Origin: Minisyncoccota bacterium
GTDB taxonomy: Bacteria > Patescibacteriota > Minisyncoccia > Phycocordibacterales > Phycocordibacteraceae
Reading direction: 5' to 3'
Assembly: GCA_035547315.1 (NCBI GenBank)
Contig: DASZVH010000004.1
Span: 76,108-140,107, forward strand
Length of the DNA: 64,000 nucleotides
Both the position numbers and the translations under genes were made by a program. Each line of letters starts with the position of its first letter. The stretch's first letter is position 1. Shown here in pieces: positions 29,209-37,900 of the stretch. The notes below the pieces were generated by a model. It saw only the letters and a program-made list of their open reading frames with translations, did no database searches and was not told where the DNA came from.

Positions 29209-31386
29209 TCACTCGAGGTGGATAGTCGCGGCGGCGCCCCGCGCGAGACGCGCGAGGAGCGGGTAGCTGGCAAGCTCCGGATCCTTGGCAAGGAGGCGCT
29301 TGGCCTCGCTCCGGGCCGCCTCGACGAGGCGTAAATTACCCAATGATTCCATAGCGATGTCGGATACTCCCCACTGATTTCCGCCCATGAGCTCGCCCGC
29401 TCCCCGCAGCGCCAGATCCCGCTTGGCGAGCTCAAAGCCGTTCTTGGCCGTGATGAGCGCGGTGAGGCGGGCCCGCACGCTCGCGGCCTTCGATTCGGCG
29501 AGGAGGAAACAGTACGCTTGGCGGTCGGAGCGGATCACGCGGCCGCGCAGCTGGTGCAGCTGCGCGAGGCCGAAGCGTTCGGCACCCTCAATCAGAATCA
29601 CGGTCGCGTTCGGCACGTTGACGCCCACTTCGACGACCGAGGTCGCGACCAGGATCTGCACCTCGCCCGCCGCGAACATGCGCATGGACTCCTCTTTCTC
29701 GGCTGGCGTCATCTTGGAGTGGAGGATACCGATGTCGAACTCGGGGAAGACCTCCTGGGCGAGCCGCGCGGCCTCCGCTTTTACCGAACGCATCTCACGC
29801 TTCTGGGGCTCGCCCGCGCCGCCGGCTTCTGCCGGGTCGATGCGCGGGCAGATAACGTATGCCTGGCGGCCCGCGGCGAGCTCCGCGCGCATGCGCTCGT
29901 ATGCGGCCGCGCGCGCCGCGGGCGCGACGACCTCGGTGATCACCGGCCGCCGGCCTGCCGGCAGCTCGTCGAGCACGGAGAGATCCAGATCGCCGTAGAG
30001 CGTGAGCGCGAGCGTGCGCGGGATCGGCGTCGCCGTCATCGAAAGCAGATGCGGCGTCAACAAGGTTCGTCCTTGTTTCAAGGTCGAACCTTGTTTGGTG
30101 ACGAGCTTCTGCCGGTGCGCGGTGCCGAAGCGATGCTGCTCTTCGATCACGGCGAGCGCGAGCCGCTTGAAAGAGAGCGTCTCCTGGATGAGCGCGTGCG
30201 TGCCGATGACGATCGGGATGAGGCCGTCGGCCACCCGCTTGCGGAAGGTCGCGCGCGAGAGCGCGGCGGACTCTTCGTAGGAGACGCGCGAGGGGAACAC
30301 GCGCGTCTCGCTGCCCGTGATGAGGCCGATCGGGATCGGGTGCGCGCGGAAATAGGAGACGAAGGTGGAGAAGTGCTGCTTGGCGAGCACCTCGGTCGGG
30401 CACAGGTAGGCGACCTGCGCGCCCGCCGCCGCGGCCAGATACGCCGCCGCCGCCGCGACCGCCGTCTTGCCGCTCCCGACGTCGCCCTCCAGGAGGCGCA
30501 GCATCGGCACGGGGCGCGCGAGGTCGCGCGCGATCGCCGCGATAGCGCGCCGCTGCGCGCGCGTCGGCGGGAAGGGAAAACTCGCGACGAACGCTTCGAG
30601 GAGGCCGGCGCCAGGCGCGAGCTCGAGCGCGCGCGTCGCGCGCACGGTGCGGCGGCGCTCCTCGAGCGCGAGCGTGAGCGCGAGGATCTGCTCGAAGGCG
30701 AAGCGCTTGCGGGCCGCGGCGGCATCTCCGGCCCGCCGGGGCCGATGTATATATATGAGCGCGTTCTCGAACGCCGGGAGCCGGTAGCGGCGCAGGAGCT
30801 CGGGGGGCAGCGGGTCGGCGAGCGCGCCGGCGAGCGCCTTGAGCGTTTTCCCGATCGCGTGGAAGAACCAGAGCGAGCTGATGCCCTCGCTTTCGGGGTA
30901 GACGGGGAAGACGGCGGGAGCGGGCGCCGGGCCGGGAGCCGGAGAGAAGAGCGAGGCATGCGCCTCCTCGGGGTCGATCGGCGCGCGATCCACCTCGGGG
31001 TTCGCGAGATAGGCGCCGCTCCCGGATCCCGCCACCCTCCCGCTCACCTTAACCGCCATGCCTTCGCGCAGCGATTTGGCGATATACGGCTGGGAGAACC
31101 ACATGAGCTTGATGCGTCCGCTCGCGTCCTCGAGCCAGGCCTCGGCCAGCGGGCGGCGGCTCTTCCAGCTCTTGCGTGCCTCGGGCTTGCGGATGACGCC
31201 GTAGAGCGTCGCGCTCGCGCCCGGCGCGACGCCCGCGATCGTCGCCGAGGGGCCGGCGGCCTCGTAGCGGGAGGGGAAGTGGTAGAGCAGGTCGTGCAGG
31301 GTCGCGATCTTGAGGCGCTTCAACGCGCGCCGCTGCTCCGGCTTGAGCTTGGGGAAGAGCTTCTCGAGCGGGTCGGCGGGAGCCAC
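29209..31386 (-). CDS. recG: ATP-dependent DNA helicase RecG
   Basis: Helicase motifs GDVGSGKT, DEQHRFG, LLSMTATPIPRTLALT, ...VEVGVNVPNATVILIEGAERFGLAQLHQLRGRV; start probably GTG/TTG near 31386-31392 (no ATG); upstream part of track ORF is Arg-rich non-coding extension. Confidence 0.85.
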   Translation of the reverse strand: MAPADPLEKLFPKLKPEQRRALKRLKIATLHDLLYHFPSRYEAAGPSATIAGVAPGASATLYGVIRKPEARKSWKSRRPLAEAWLEDASGRIKLMWFSQPYIAKSLREGMAVKVSGRVAGSGSGAYLANPEVDRAPIDPEEAHASLFSPAPGPAPAPAVFPVYPESEGISSLWFFHAIGKTLKALAGALADPLPPELLRRYRLPAFENALIYIHRPRRAGDAAAARKRFAFEQILALTLALEERRRTVRATRALELAPGAGLLEAFVASFPFPPTRAQRRAIAAIARDLARPVPMLRLLEGDVGSGKTAVAAAAAYLAAAAGAQVAYLCPTEVLAKQHFSTFVSYFRAHPIPIGLITGSETRVFPSRVSYEESAALSRATFRKRVADGLIPIVIGTHALIQETLSFKRLALAVIEEQHRFGTAHRQKLVTKQGSTLKQGRTLLTPHLLSMTATPIPRTLALTLYGDLDLSVLDELPAGRRPVITEVVAPAARAAAYERMRAELAAGRQAYVICPRIDPAEAGGAGEPQKREMRSVKAEAARLAQEVFPEFDIGILHSKMTPAEKEESMRMFAAGEVQILVATSVVEVGVNVPNATVILIEGAERFGLAQLHQLRGRVIRSDRQAYCFLLAESKAASVRARLTALITAKNGFELAKRDLALRGAGELMGGNQWGVSDIAMESLGNLRLVEAARSEAKRLLAKDPELASYPLLARLARGAAATIHLE
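30059..30096. repeat. tandem palindromic units CAAGGTTCGTCCTTG-ttt-CAAGGTCGAACCTTG inside recG coding sequence (in-frame)
   Basis: Read directly; related to element in lepA. Confidence 0.55.
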
Positions 31387-31457
31387 GAGCAAAGTATACG
31401 CGCCCGCGCATAGATAAGAAGCGGGCCCGCCAGCGCGATGCTGGCGGGCCCGGAAGT

Positions 31458-31940
31458 TCACGGCCGGTAGGTGAGCCGCGCGAGGATCAGGTCGGCGTCG
31501 GCCGGCCTCCCCCCGAAGCGCGCAACATCGAACGCGGCGACGTGCTCGTAGCGCAGGCCGCCGCCGACGTTGCCGCCCTGCGGCAGGAGGTCGAGATCGG
31601 CGCCCGCCACGAAGGCGGCGTGATCGCCGGCTCCCTGCGCCTCGCCGACGCCGCCGAAGGCGGCGACGGTGATGGTCTTGCCGGCAAGCGGGAAGCGGTA
31701 GCCTCCCCGTGCCGCGACGGCCTCGAGGCTGCGCAGCTCGGGGGCCGAGAAGCCCTCGGCCTGCAGCTCGCCGCCGATGCTCCAAGGGCCGAAGCCCTCC
31801 TCGAGCCCGATGCTGCCGCCGCCCGCGATCGCGGAGCCGGCGCCGACATTGATCGACGCCGTAGTGGCGAAGCCGTCGGCCATCGCGGAAGAGTACGACA
31901 ATACAAGGGCCGCAGCGGCGGCCAAAGCGAACATTCTCAT
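31458..31940 (-). CDS. Gly/Ala-rich secreted protein, possibly small outer-membrane beta-barrel
   Basis: Signal peptide MRMFALAAAAALVLSYSSAMA with AAAGGAG RBS upstream; alternating G/A-rich amphipathic stretches; C-terminal ...RLTYRP. Confidence 0.4.
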   Translation of the reverse strand: MRMFALAAAAALVLSYSSAMADGFATTASINVGAGSAIAGGGSIGLEEGFGPWSIGGELQAEGFSAPELRSLEAVAARGGYRFPLAGKTITVAAFGGVGEAQGAGDHAAFVAGADLDLLPQGGNVGGGLRYEHVAAFDVARFGGRPADADLILARLTYRP

Positions 31941-32080
31941 TCCAAACTCCTTTTTGGATCCGGCCGCCCGCTCACCATGAGAAGAGCAGCCGGGCACTAG
32001 AATAGCATGCCCTACCTGATAAGTCAAGCCCGCTCCGGGTTCCACCCGCGCACATAGCGCGAGCGCGTTATACTTCCCGC

Positions 32081-32506
32081 ATGCGCCACAAGCGGCGACC
32101 CTCCTCGCTCTATCATTTCCTCATCACGTTCCCGGACCGGCTCTACCCGTTCCGCACTCGGATCGAGGGGCAGTGGGTGCGCGGCATCCGTTCCTATGAC
32201 GCCGCGCTCGCGCGCGCTTTCCGCCGCTATGGCGCGGGCCGCTACGGCTACGGCCTCGCGCTCTACCGGCAGTGTTTCCACCTGGCCGGCTCGCTCCTTT
32301 TCATCTACGCCGCGACTTTGCTCGCCTTCGACCTCTTCGGCGGCGAGGCGGCGCTCGCGCTCCTGCTCGCGCTCGCGACCGCGTTCATCACCTATCAGGA
32401 GTTTTTTCTGCAGCCGCGCGTCTACCGCCAGCGCTGGCCCAAGGGCCTCGCGGATTGGTCGGTCTGGTGCCTCCCCATGGCGGCGTATCTCTTCCTCTTG
32501 CACTAG
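32081..32506 (+). CDS. hypothetical membrane protein
   Basis: High GC3 periodicity; three hydrophobic segments; no recognised family. Confidence 0.35.
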   Translation: MRHKRRPSSLYHFLITFPDRLYPFRTRIEGQWVRGIRSYDAALARAFRRYGAGRYGYGLALYRQCFHLAGSLLFIYAATLLAFDLFGGEAALALLLALATAFITYQEFFLQPRVYRQRWPKGLADWSVWCLPMAAYLFLLH

Positions 32507-32531
32507 CCCTCGCGTCACCGGACGCCGCTTT

Positions 32532-32948
32532 TCATAATCGCCGCTGCGCGCGCAGGACGCGGTTGATCGAGTCGCGGATGGCGAGATAGCGGCCGAGCAA
32601 GAGGCCGGCGGCGAGCGCGAGCGAGATGGGGAGCACGAGCGCGGCGGCGAACCAGTGCCCGAGGATCCACTCGCGCGAGGCCGCGAAGGCGATATAGACG
32701 ACGAGCGCGATCGTGCCGGCGGCGTCCGTCTCGCTGATCGCCTGCTCGTCGCTCTCATGCCAGCGGACCTTGAGCATCCGCCCCAGCGCGTAGCCGATGG
32801 GGAGCCCCGCAAGATACGCGCCGAGCACGTCGTACCAGGGCACTGCGCCGCGCGCGAGCTCGTAGAGGAGGAAGAGCGTGAGCAGGCTCGCGATGCCGAG
32901 GAAGAGCGTCTGGCGGACGGAAAGCCGGCGGCTTACGGAATTTGCCAT
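32532..32948 (-). CDS. hypothetical membrane protein (last gene of cupredoxin-DoxX operon)
   Basis: MANSVSRRLSVRQTLFLGIASLLTLFLLYEL...; 4-TM topology; start 4 nt downstream of DoxX stop. Confidence 0.4.
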   Translation of the reverse strand: MANSVSRRLSVRQTLFLGIASLLTLFLLYELARGAVPWYDVLGAYLAGLPIGYALGRMLKVRWHESDEQAISETDAAGTIALVVYIAFAASREWILGHWFAAALVLPISLALAAGLLLGRYLAIRDSINRVLRAQRRL

Positions 32949-32952
32949 GACG

Positions 32953-33333
32953 CTAGGGTACGCGGGCGTCCTGAGCCCCGGATGAAGGCGCGGGCCACGC
33001 GGCGAGCGCGAGCGTCAGGCAGGCGATCGAGATATCGCGGAAGAGGATCCCGATATCATTGAAGTCGAGTATCACGATCGCCGCGAGGATGAGCGTCATC
33101 AGCGCCGCGGGGATGCGGATCTTCCACCCCGAGAGGACCCAGAGCGCGAGGACGGCCTCGAGCGCGCCGAAGCCGTGCAGGAGATAGAGCGTGTCGACGG
33201 GGAGCGCGCGGACGAAGTGGGGGAAATAGCCCTCCCAGCTTACCGGGTCGGCGAGCGCCGCGAGCGGCGGATAGAGGAAGGCGAGTGCGGCGCCGAGCCG
33301 CAGCGCGAGGTGGGCGGCGTTCTCGCGCCGCAT
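32953..33333 (-). CDS. DoxX family membrane protein
   Basis: MRRENAAHLALRLGAALAFLYPPLAAL...LHGFGALEAVLALWVL DoxX-like pattern. Confidence 0.55.
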   Translation of the reverse strand: MRRENAAHLALRLGAALAFLYPPLAALADPVSWEGYFPHFVRALPVDTLYLLHGFGALEAVLALWVLSGWKIRIPAALMTLILAAIVILDFNDIGILFRDISIACLTLALAAWPAPSSGAQDARVP

Positions 33334-33334
33334 G

Positions 33335-33865
33335 CTAGAGCGAGACCTCGGCGGAGGTCGTTACGTCGGTGCTGCTCGCCGCCGCGGGGATCATCGGCGC
33401 GCTCTCGGTCGAGCTCGCGGCGAGGACCGTCACGCTGCCCTGCATGTCGTCGTCGGCATGGTTGTGGTAGCCCCAGGCGCCGACCTGGCCGAACGCGAAG
33501 CTCCATGAGCCGCCCGGCGCGATCATTGCGCAGGAGTCGAAGGGTACGGGCCCCTGATAGCCCGCCGCGCAGTGCTCGCTGCGGGTGGTGCCGTCGTAGC
33601 CGTCGTGGAGCGGGTGCGGGTCGCTCGCGACCCAGAGATTCTCGGAGCTGTCGTTGACCCACTCGACTGCCTCGCCCTGCTCCACCGTCACGGAACTCGG
33701 CGCGAAGCCCTGGTCGGTGTAGTGGACGACGGCTGCAGCCGGCGCGCTCGCGGCGGGGGTGCCGCCGCCCGCGGGCGCCCCGGCTCCGGGCCCGGCGAGG
33801 AAATACCACGCGCCGGCGACGATAAGGATGATGATGACGATAAGACCGATGATTCTGCCGCTCAT
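33335..33865 (-). CDS. membrane-anchored cupredoxin-like domain protein
   Basis: N-terminal TM; VHYTDQGFAPSSVTVEQGEAVEWVNDSSENLWVASDPHPLHDGYDGT...C...YHNHADDDMQG resembles small blue-copper/cupredoxin fold with Cys/His/Met candidates. Confidence 0.45.
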   Translation of the reverse strand: MSGRIIGLIVIIILIVAGAWYFLAGPGAGAPAGGGTPAASAPAAAVVHYTDQGFAPSSVTVEQGEAVEWVNDSSENLWVASDPHPLHDGYDGTTRSEHCAAGYQGPVPFDSCAMIAPGGSWSFAFGQVGAWGYHNHADDDMQGSVTVLAASSTESAPMIPAAASSTDVTTSAEVSL

Positions 33866-33891
33866 AGGTTGTAAGTCGTAAGTGCTACGGA

Positions 33892-34488
33892 ATGAGTAAG
33901 CGAGACGAGGGATATGGTATCATGCCGCCCATGACTATCCTCTATATCGTGCTTATCATCCTGGCCCTCCTGGTGGTCTGGGTCATCGCCGCCTTCAACC
34001 GCCTTATCGGCCTTACGAATCGCGCCAAGGAAGCCTGGGCCGACATAGACGTGCAGCTCAAGCGCCGCTACGATCTCATCCCCAACCTGGTCAATACCGT
34101 GAAGGGCTACGCCGCGCACGAGTCGGGCGTCTTCGAGCGGGTGACCGCCGCGCGCACCGCGGCGATGAGCGCGACGGGGAGCGCCAAAGCCGGCGCGGAG
34201 GATCAGCTCTCCGGCGCGCTCAAATCGCTCTTCGCCGTCGGCGAAGCATATCCCGATCTCAAGGCGAACCAAAACTTCCTCGAGCTCCAGCGCGAGCTCC
34301 AGGATACGGAGGACAAGATCCAGGCCGCGCGCCGCTTCTACAACACGACCGTCATGTCCTTGAACACCGCGATACAGACCTTCCCGAATAACGTCATCGC
34401 CGGCATGGCCAACTTCAAGCCGATGGACCTCTTCCAGCTCTCCTCCGCAGACGCCGCGGCCGCCGAGCCGGTCACGGTGCAGTTTTAA
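33892..34488 (+). CDS. lemA: LemA family protein
   Basis: TM then NRLIGLTNRAKEAWADIDVQLKRRYDLIPNLVNTVKGYAAHE...FYNTTVMSLNTAIQTFP LemA signature. Confidence 0.8.
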   Translation: MSKRDEGYGIMPPMTILYIVLIILALLVVWVIAAFNRLIGLTNRAKEAWADIDVQLKRRYDLIPNLVNTVKGYAAHESGVFERVTAARTAAMSATGSAKAGAEDQLSGALKSLFAVGEAYPDLKANQNFLELQRELQDTEDKIQAARRFYNTTVMSLNTAIQTFPNNVIAGMANFKPMDLFQLSSADAAAAEPVTVQF

Positions 34489-34529
34489 GCGTTTCCGCCG
34501 AGAAGGCGTATACTAGGAGCGGGAGCATT

Positions 34530-34872
34530 GTGGAGGGTGTTATGACCGACCTGCCTAAGCTGGTGCGGGACAAGGTCCCGCACGCTATCCGCCAAGAAGG
34601 CCTCGAGCCCGCGGTACGGACGCTTTCCGAGCATGAGCTGCACGTCCATGCGCTCAAGAAGCTCGTCGAGGAGGCAAACGAGGCGCAAGCCGCGCTCGGC
34701 GCGCGCGCGGCTCCTCGAGGAGCTTGCGGATCTCGCCGAGATCTTCGACTTCGCCTGCGGGCTCTTCGAGATCAAGCCTGCGGACCTCATCGCCGCGCGC
34801 AACAAGAAGCGGCGCGAGAAGGGCGGCTTCGAGAAGCGGCTCTTACTCATCGATATCAGCCAGAAGCAATGA
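34530..34872 (+). pseudogene. MazG-like nucleotide pyrophosphohydrolase, reading frame broken by +1/-1 shift inside (GC)n run near 34695-34712
   Basis: N-terminal part MTDLPKLVRDKVPHAIRQEGLEP...KKLVEEANEAQAA in one frame; conserved C-terminal part ARLLEELADLAEIFDFACGLFEIKPADLIAARNKKRREKGGFEKRLLLI in adjacent frame ending 34872. Confidence 0.6.
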
Positions 34873-35840
34873 ATATCGCCCGGTTTCGCGAGAGCGAAAC
34901 CGGGCGTTCCTTTATCGGGGCGTTTTGCTATCATGCCGCCATGGATCTCTACGCCGAGCGCTCCGCCAATATCCGCAAGACCTGGGCCTTGGTCACGGGC
35001 TTCCTGGTCGTCGTCATCGCGCTCGGCTGGCTGCTCTCCTCCTACTTCAACGACCAGATCATCCTCTATATCGCCGTTGCGCTCGCCGTCGGCACCAATA
35101 TCTACGCCTACTGGGCTTCGGACAAGCTCGTGCTCTCGATGAACAAAGCGCGCCCGGCGACCCGCGAGGAATACTTCGACTTCTACACCGTCGCGGAGAA
35201 TCTCTCGATAGCCGACGGCCTCCCGACGCCGAAGCTCTACGTGATAGACGACCCGGCCCCGAACGCCTTCTCCACCGGGCGGGACGAGAAGCACGCGGTC
35301 GTCTGCGCGACCACCGGCCTCCTCGCGATGATGGACCGCACCGAGCTCGAGGGCGTGATCGCGCACGAGCTCTCGCATATCAAGAATCGCGACATGCTCC
35401 TGATGACGCTCGCGGTGGTGCTCGCGGGCTTCGTGGCTATCGTCGCCAATATCTTCCTGCGCCTCTCCTTCTTCGGCGGCGGAGGCCGGCGCAACAACGA
35501 CGCAGGCGCTCTCGTCATCGCCCTCGCGCTCGTGGGCATGATACTCGCGCCCGTGGCGGCCAACCTCATCAAGCTCGCGATCTCCCGCCGCCGCGAGTAT
35601 CTCGCGGACGCCTCCGGCGCGCTCCTGACGCGCTACCCCGAGGGTCTCGCCGCGGCGCTGAGGAAGCTCGAGAGCTACCAGGCGCCGATGCGCCGAGCCA
35701 ACCTCGCGACCGCGCACCTTTTCATCAACGACCCCTTCGGCGCCAAGGGCGGCGGCTCGAGCGGCTGGCTCGAGCGGCTCTTCTCCACGCACCCGCCGCT
35801 TGAGGCGCGCATAGAGGCTCTCCTGGGGAAATCGGCCTAG
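34869..35840 (+). CDS. htpX: protease HtpX (M48 family zinc metalloprotease)
   Basis: ANIRKTWALV, HELSHIKNRD (HExxH), EYLADASGA motifs; ATGA overlap with MazG-like stop; alternative start ATG 34942. Confidence 0.85.
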   Translation: MNIARFRESETGRSFIGAFCYHAAMDLYAERSANIRKTWALVTGFLVVVIALGWLLSSYFNDQIILYIAVALAVGTNIYAYWASDKLVLSMNKARPATREEYFDFYTVAENLSIADGLPTPKLYVIDDPAPNAFSTGRDEKHAVVCATTGLLAMMDRTELEGVIAHELSHIKNRDMLLMTLAVVLAGFVAIVANIFLRLSFFGGGGRRNNDAGALVIALALVGMILAPVAANLIKLAISRRREYLADASGALLTRYPEGLAAALRKLESYQAPMRRANLATAHLFINDPFGAKGGGSSGWLERLFSTHPPLEARIEALLGKSA

Positions 35841-35886
35841 CGAACGCTCTCGGGCGTTATAATAAAGAAGGAAGCATCAGAGGGAT

Positions 35887-36162
35887 GTGGCCATGATCGT
35901 GCACGGCCATCAGTTGCGTCCGCCGTATGTCGAAGGCGAAACCATGGAGGACTATGGAAAGAAACGCGGCGAATCTCGCGCGGACTGGATCAACCGGGCC
36001 GGCACGCGCCGCCGCAAGGCGGATTTGCGGCTGTGCGACGAGCTCGAGAGCCAGGACCTTTCACTACTGACCGGTCGCCAGAGCGCCGAAGCGAGGCCGC
36101 ATCACCTGCGGCGCCCGCCGAGGACACACATCGATCTCACGAAAGGGAAGCGGCGCGCGTAA
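35887..36162 (+). CDS. hypothetical small protein (uncertain)
   Basis: GTG/ATG start options; no family recognised; included because intergenic gap otherwise 330 bp. Confidence 0.25.
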   Translation: MAMIVHGHQLRPPYVEGETMEDYGKKRGESRADWINRAGTRRRKADLRLCDELESQDLSLLTGRQSAEARPHHLRRPPRTHIDLTKGKRRA

Positions 36163-36198
36163 GCGCGCCGTTAGCCATTGTGGTATAAAAGCGGGAAC

Positions 36199-36285
36199 GG
36201 AGGCGTCGCATAGTGGTCTAGTGCACCGCCTTGGAAAGGCGGCAGGCTCGAAAGGGCCTCGAGAGTTCGAATCTCTCCGCCTCCG
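36199..36285 (+). tRNA. tRNA-Ser (anticodon GGA)
   Basis: Hand-folded: acceptor GGAGGCG/CGCCTCC, anticodon stem CCGCC/GGCGG loop UUGGAAA, long variable arm (18 nt), T-arm GAGAG-TTCGAAT-CTCTC, discriminator G. Confidence 0.8.
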
Positions 36286-36351
36286 CCCTTAGAAAAAAGT
36301 ATCGGACAGACCCGAGTACCCAGAAATCGGGTCCCGAGCTAAAATGGGCAT

Positions 36352-36915
36352 ATGCAGACAAATGTCTTAATTTTCCACGGCACGGAAGGATATCCGGAGG
36401 AAAACTGGTTTCCTTGGATGAAAACCGAGATGGAGCAACGAGACTGCAAAGTGTTTGTGCCACAGTTCCCATCGCCGCCAGAGGTCGCTGCGAAAATCGG
36501 CGAGTGGTTTGACGTCCTGAAGGGGTACGAACAATATCTCGACGAGAACACGATCTTGATAGGTCATAGTTTGGGCGGAAAGTTTGCGCTGCGTCTTTTG
36601 GAAAAGTTGGAATGCCCAGTAAAAGCGGTTGCGTTCGTGGGTACGCCGATCGGAGTTCCGCCTATCGCAAATAACGAGCGCGACAATGCATTTACTGGGA
36701 ATGATTTCGATTGGGATGCAATTCGGAAGAAGGCAAAACATTTCATGGTGTACCAGTCAGATACGGATCCATATGTTGGGCTTGATAATGGAAAGGAACT
36801 CGCGAGACAGCTCGGCGTCGAGCTTTCGTTCGTCCCGAACGCAGGGCACTTCAACGCAAAAGCTGGATATACGAAATTTGATGCGTTGCGCGATGACATC
36901 TTGAAAATCCTCTAA
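36352..36915 (+). CDS. alpha/beta-fold serine hydrolase (YdeN/RBBP9-like)
   Basis: VLIFHGTEGYPEENWFPW..., nucleophile elbow GHSLGG, ...DTDPYV..., GHF. Confidence 0.7.
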   Translation: MQTNVLIFHGTEGYPEENWFPWMKTEMEQRDCKVFVPQFPSPPEVAAKIGEWFDVLKGYEQYLDENTILIGHSLGGKFALRLLEKLECPVKAVAFVGTPIGVPPIANNERDNAFTGNDFDWDAIRKKAKHFMVYQSDTDPYVGLDNGKELARQLGVELSFVPNAGHFNAKAGYTKFDALRDDILKIL

Positions 36916-36924
36916 CGACTTGCC

Positions 36925-37563
36925 ATGAGCTCCTCGGACGACATTGAACTTTCGGAAGCCCAATTCAACGAGTTTTACGAGAACTTCGGCTCCAATTCCT
37001 TTCAACTGCAAGGACGTGTGCTTGAAGACTTAGGGACGAAGCAGCTCGACATATATTTCAAGTCGATAGGATTCGCGACAACCGTAATCGGTGTCGTTGG
37101 TTTGATAGCTGGATTCGGGTTTACAGCCCTCGACCATGTAGAAAGCATGGCGCTATTTTTCTTTGGCGAAGTTCTATTGCTTGGAGGACTTTTTTACGGA
37201 CTCTTCTGGACTCAACAAAAATATCAGGCCGAATTTAAGTCGCTTGAGGAGGAGCGAAAGAAGCTCGCAGCTTTTTACGAGAAGAGGAATGGTAAATTTA
37301 TGGAGCTTTACAACAAATGGATTTCCGAACGGAGAATAAGCCGCACAGCTTTCGTTGAGTTGAACGAGATAGACAAAGGCTCGATAGAGCTTTTTAGAAC
37401 CGAAAAAGACAGACCGATCCCGTCAATCTATTCGCAGGCAATGTATATTCTCATGATCGCGGGTACGGTCGTCCTCCTCTCCTCCTTCTTCATTTGCCTA
37501 AATACAAAAAACAACCCGCGACCCGGAGGCCTCGATAATTTTTATTGGGGGCGGCTAAAATAG
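36925..37563 (+). CDS. hypothetical membrane protein (low-GC islet cargo)
   Basis: Four hydrophobic segments; lower-GC codon usage than flanks. Confidence 0.45.
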   Translation: MSSSDDIELSEAQFNEFYENFGSNSFQLQGRVLEDLGTKQLDIYFKSIGFATTVIGVVGLIAGFGFTALDHVESMALFFFGEVLLLGGLFYGLFWTQQKYQAEFKSLEEERKKLAAFYEKRNGKFMELYNKWISERRISRTAFVELNEIDKGSIELFRTEKDRPIPSIYSQAMYILMIAGTVVLLSSFFICLNTKNNPRPGGLDNFYWGRLK

Positions 37564-37733
37564 CCTTACAAGGATTGACCTCAAAAGTCTGAATCCCTCA
37601 CCCTCCGCAGATAGAAACTTCGGACTCGGACAGAGCCGCGCCGCGAAGCGGCGCGGCAGAGTGGGCGGGCAGAAAATCCCGCCGCGAAGCGGCGAATTCA
37701 GACGGGGCGGCGGCGGAAAAATGCGGGGACTTG

Positions 37734-37770
37734 GCACGAACCGTAGGGTTCGTTCCGATTTTTTGTACAA
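37734..37770 (+). terminator. rho-independent terminator (acgaacc-gtag-ggttcgt + UUCCGAUUUUUUG) ending a structured non-coding stretch
   Basis: Read directly. Confidence 0.45.
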
Positions 37771-37900
37771 ACACGTCTGGCGGAGCTTCAACGTAAAACT
37801 CTTATTGAATCTACCGGATCAGGTGCTTGAGCCCAAAAGTCCGAACTGCTGACGGCCCGCACATGTTAGAATCGGGGCATTAGATAACCCGAGACTGCCT

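Larger units (their letters stand above)
36286..37612. mobile_element. low-GC islet (about 48% GC by eye) inserted at 3' end of tRNA-Ser, bounded by degenerate copy of tRNA 3' end; no integrase retained
   Basis: Abrupt composition change after tRNA; gaatccctcaccctccgcag (37591-37610) matches tRNA 3' end gaatctctccgcctccgc at 17/20. Confidence 0.35.

Noticed and set aside
29518-31413. 631-aa + strand ORF
   Set aside because: Antisense of recG.
34724-35803. 359-aa Arg-rich + ORF
   Set aside because: Alternate frame of htpX.
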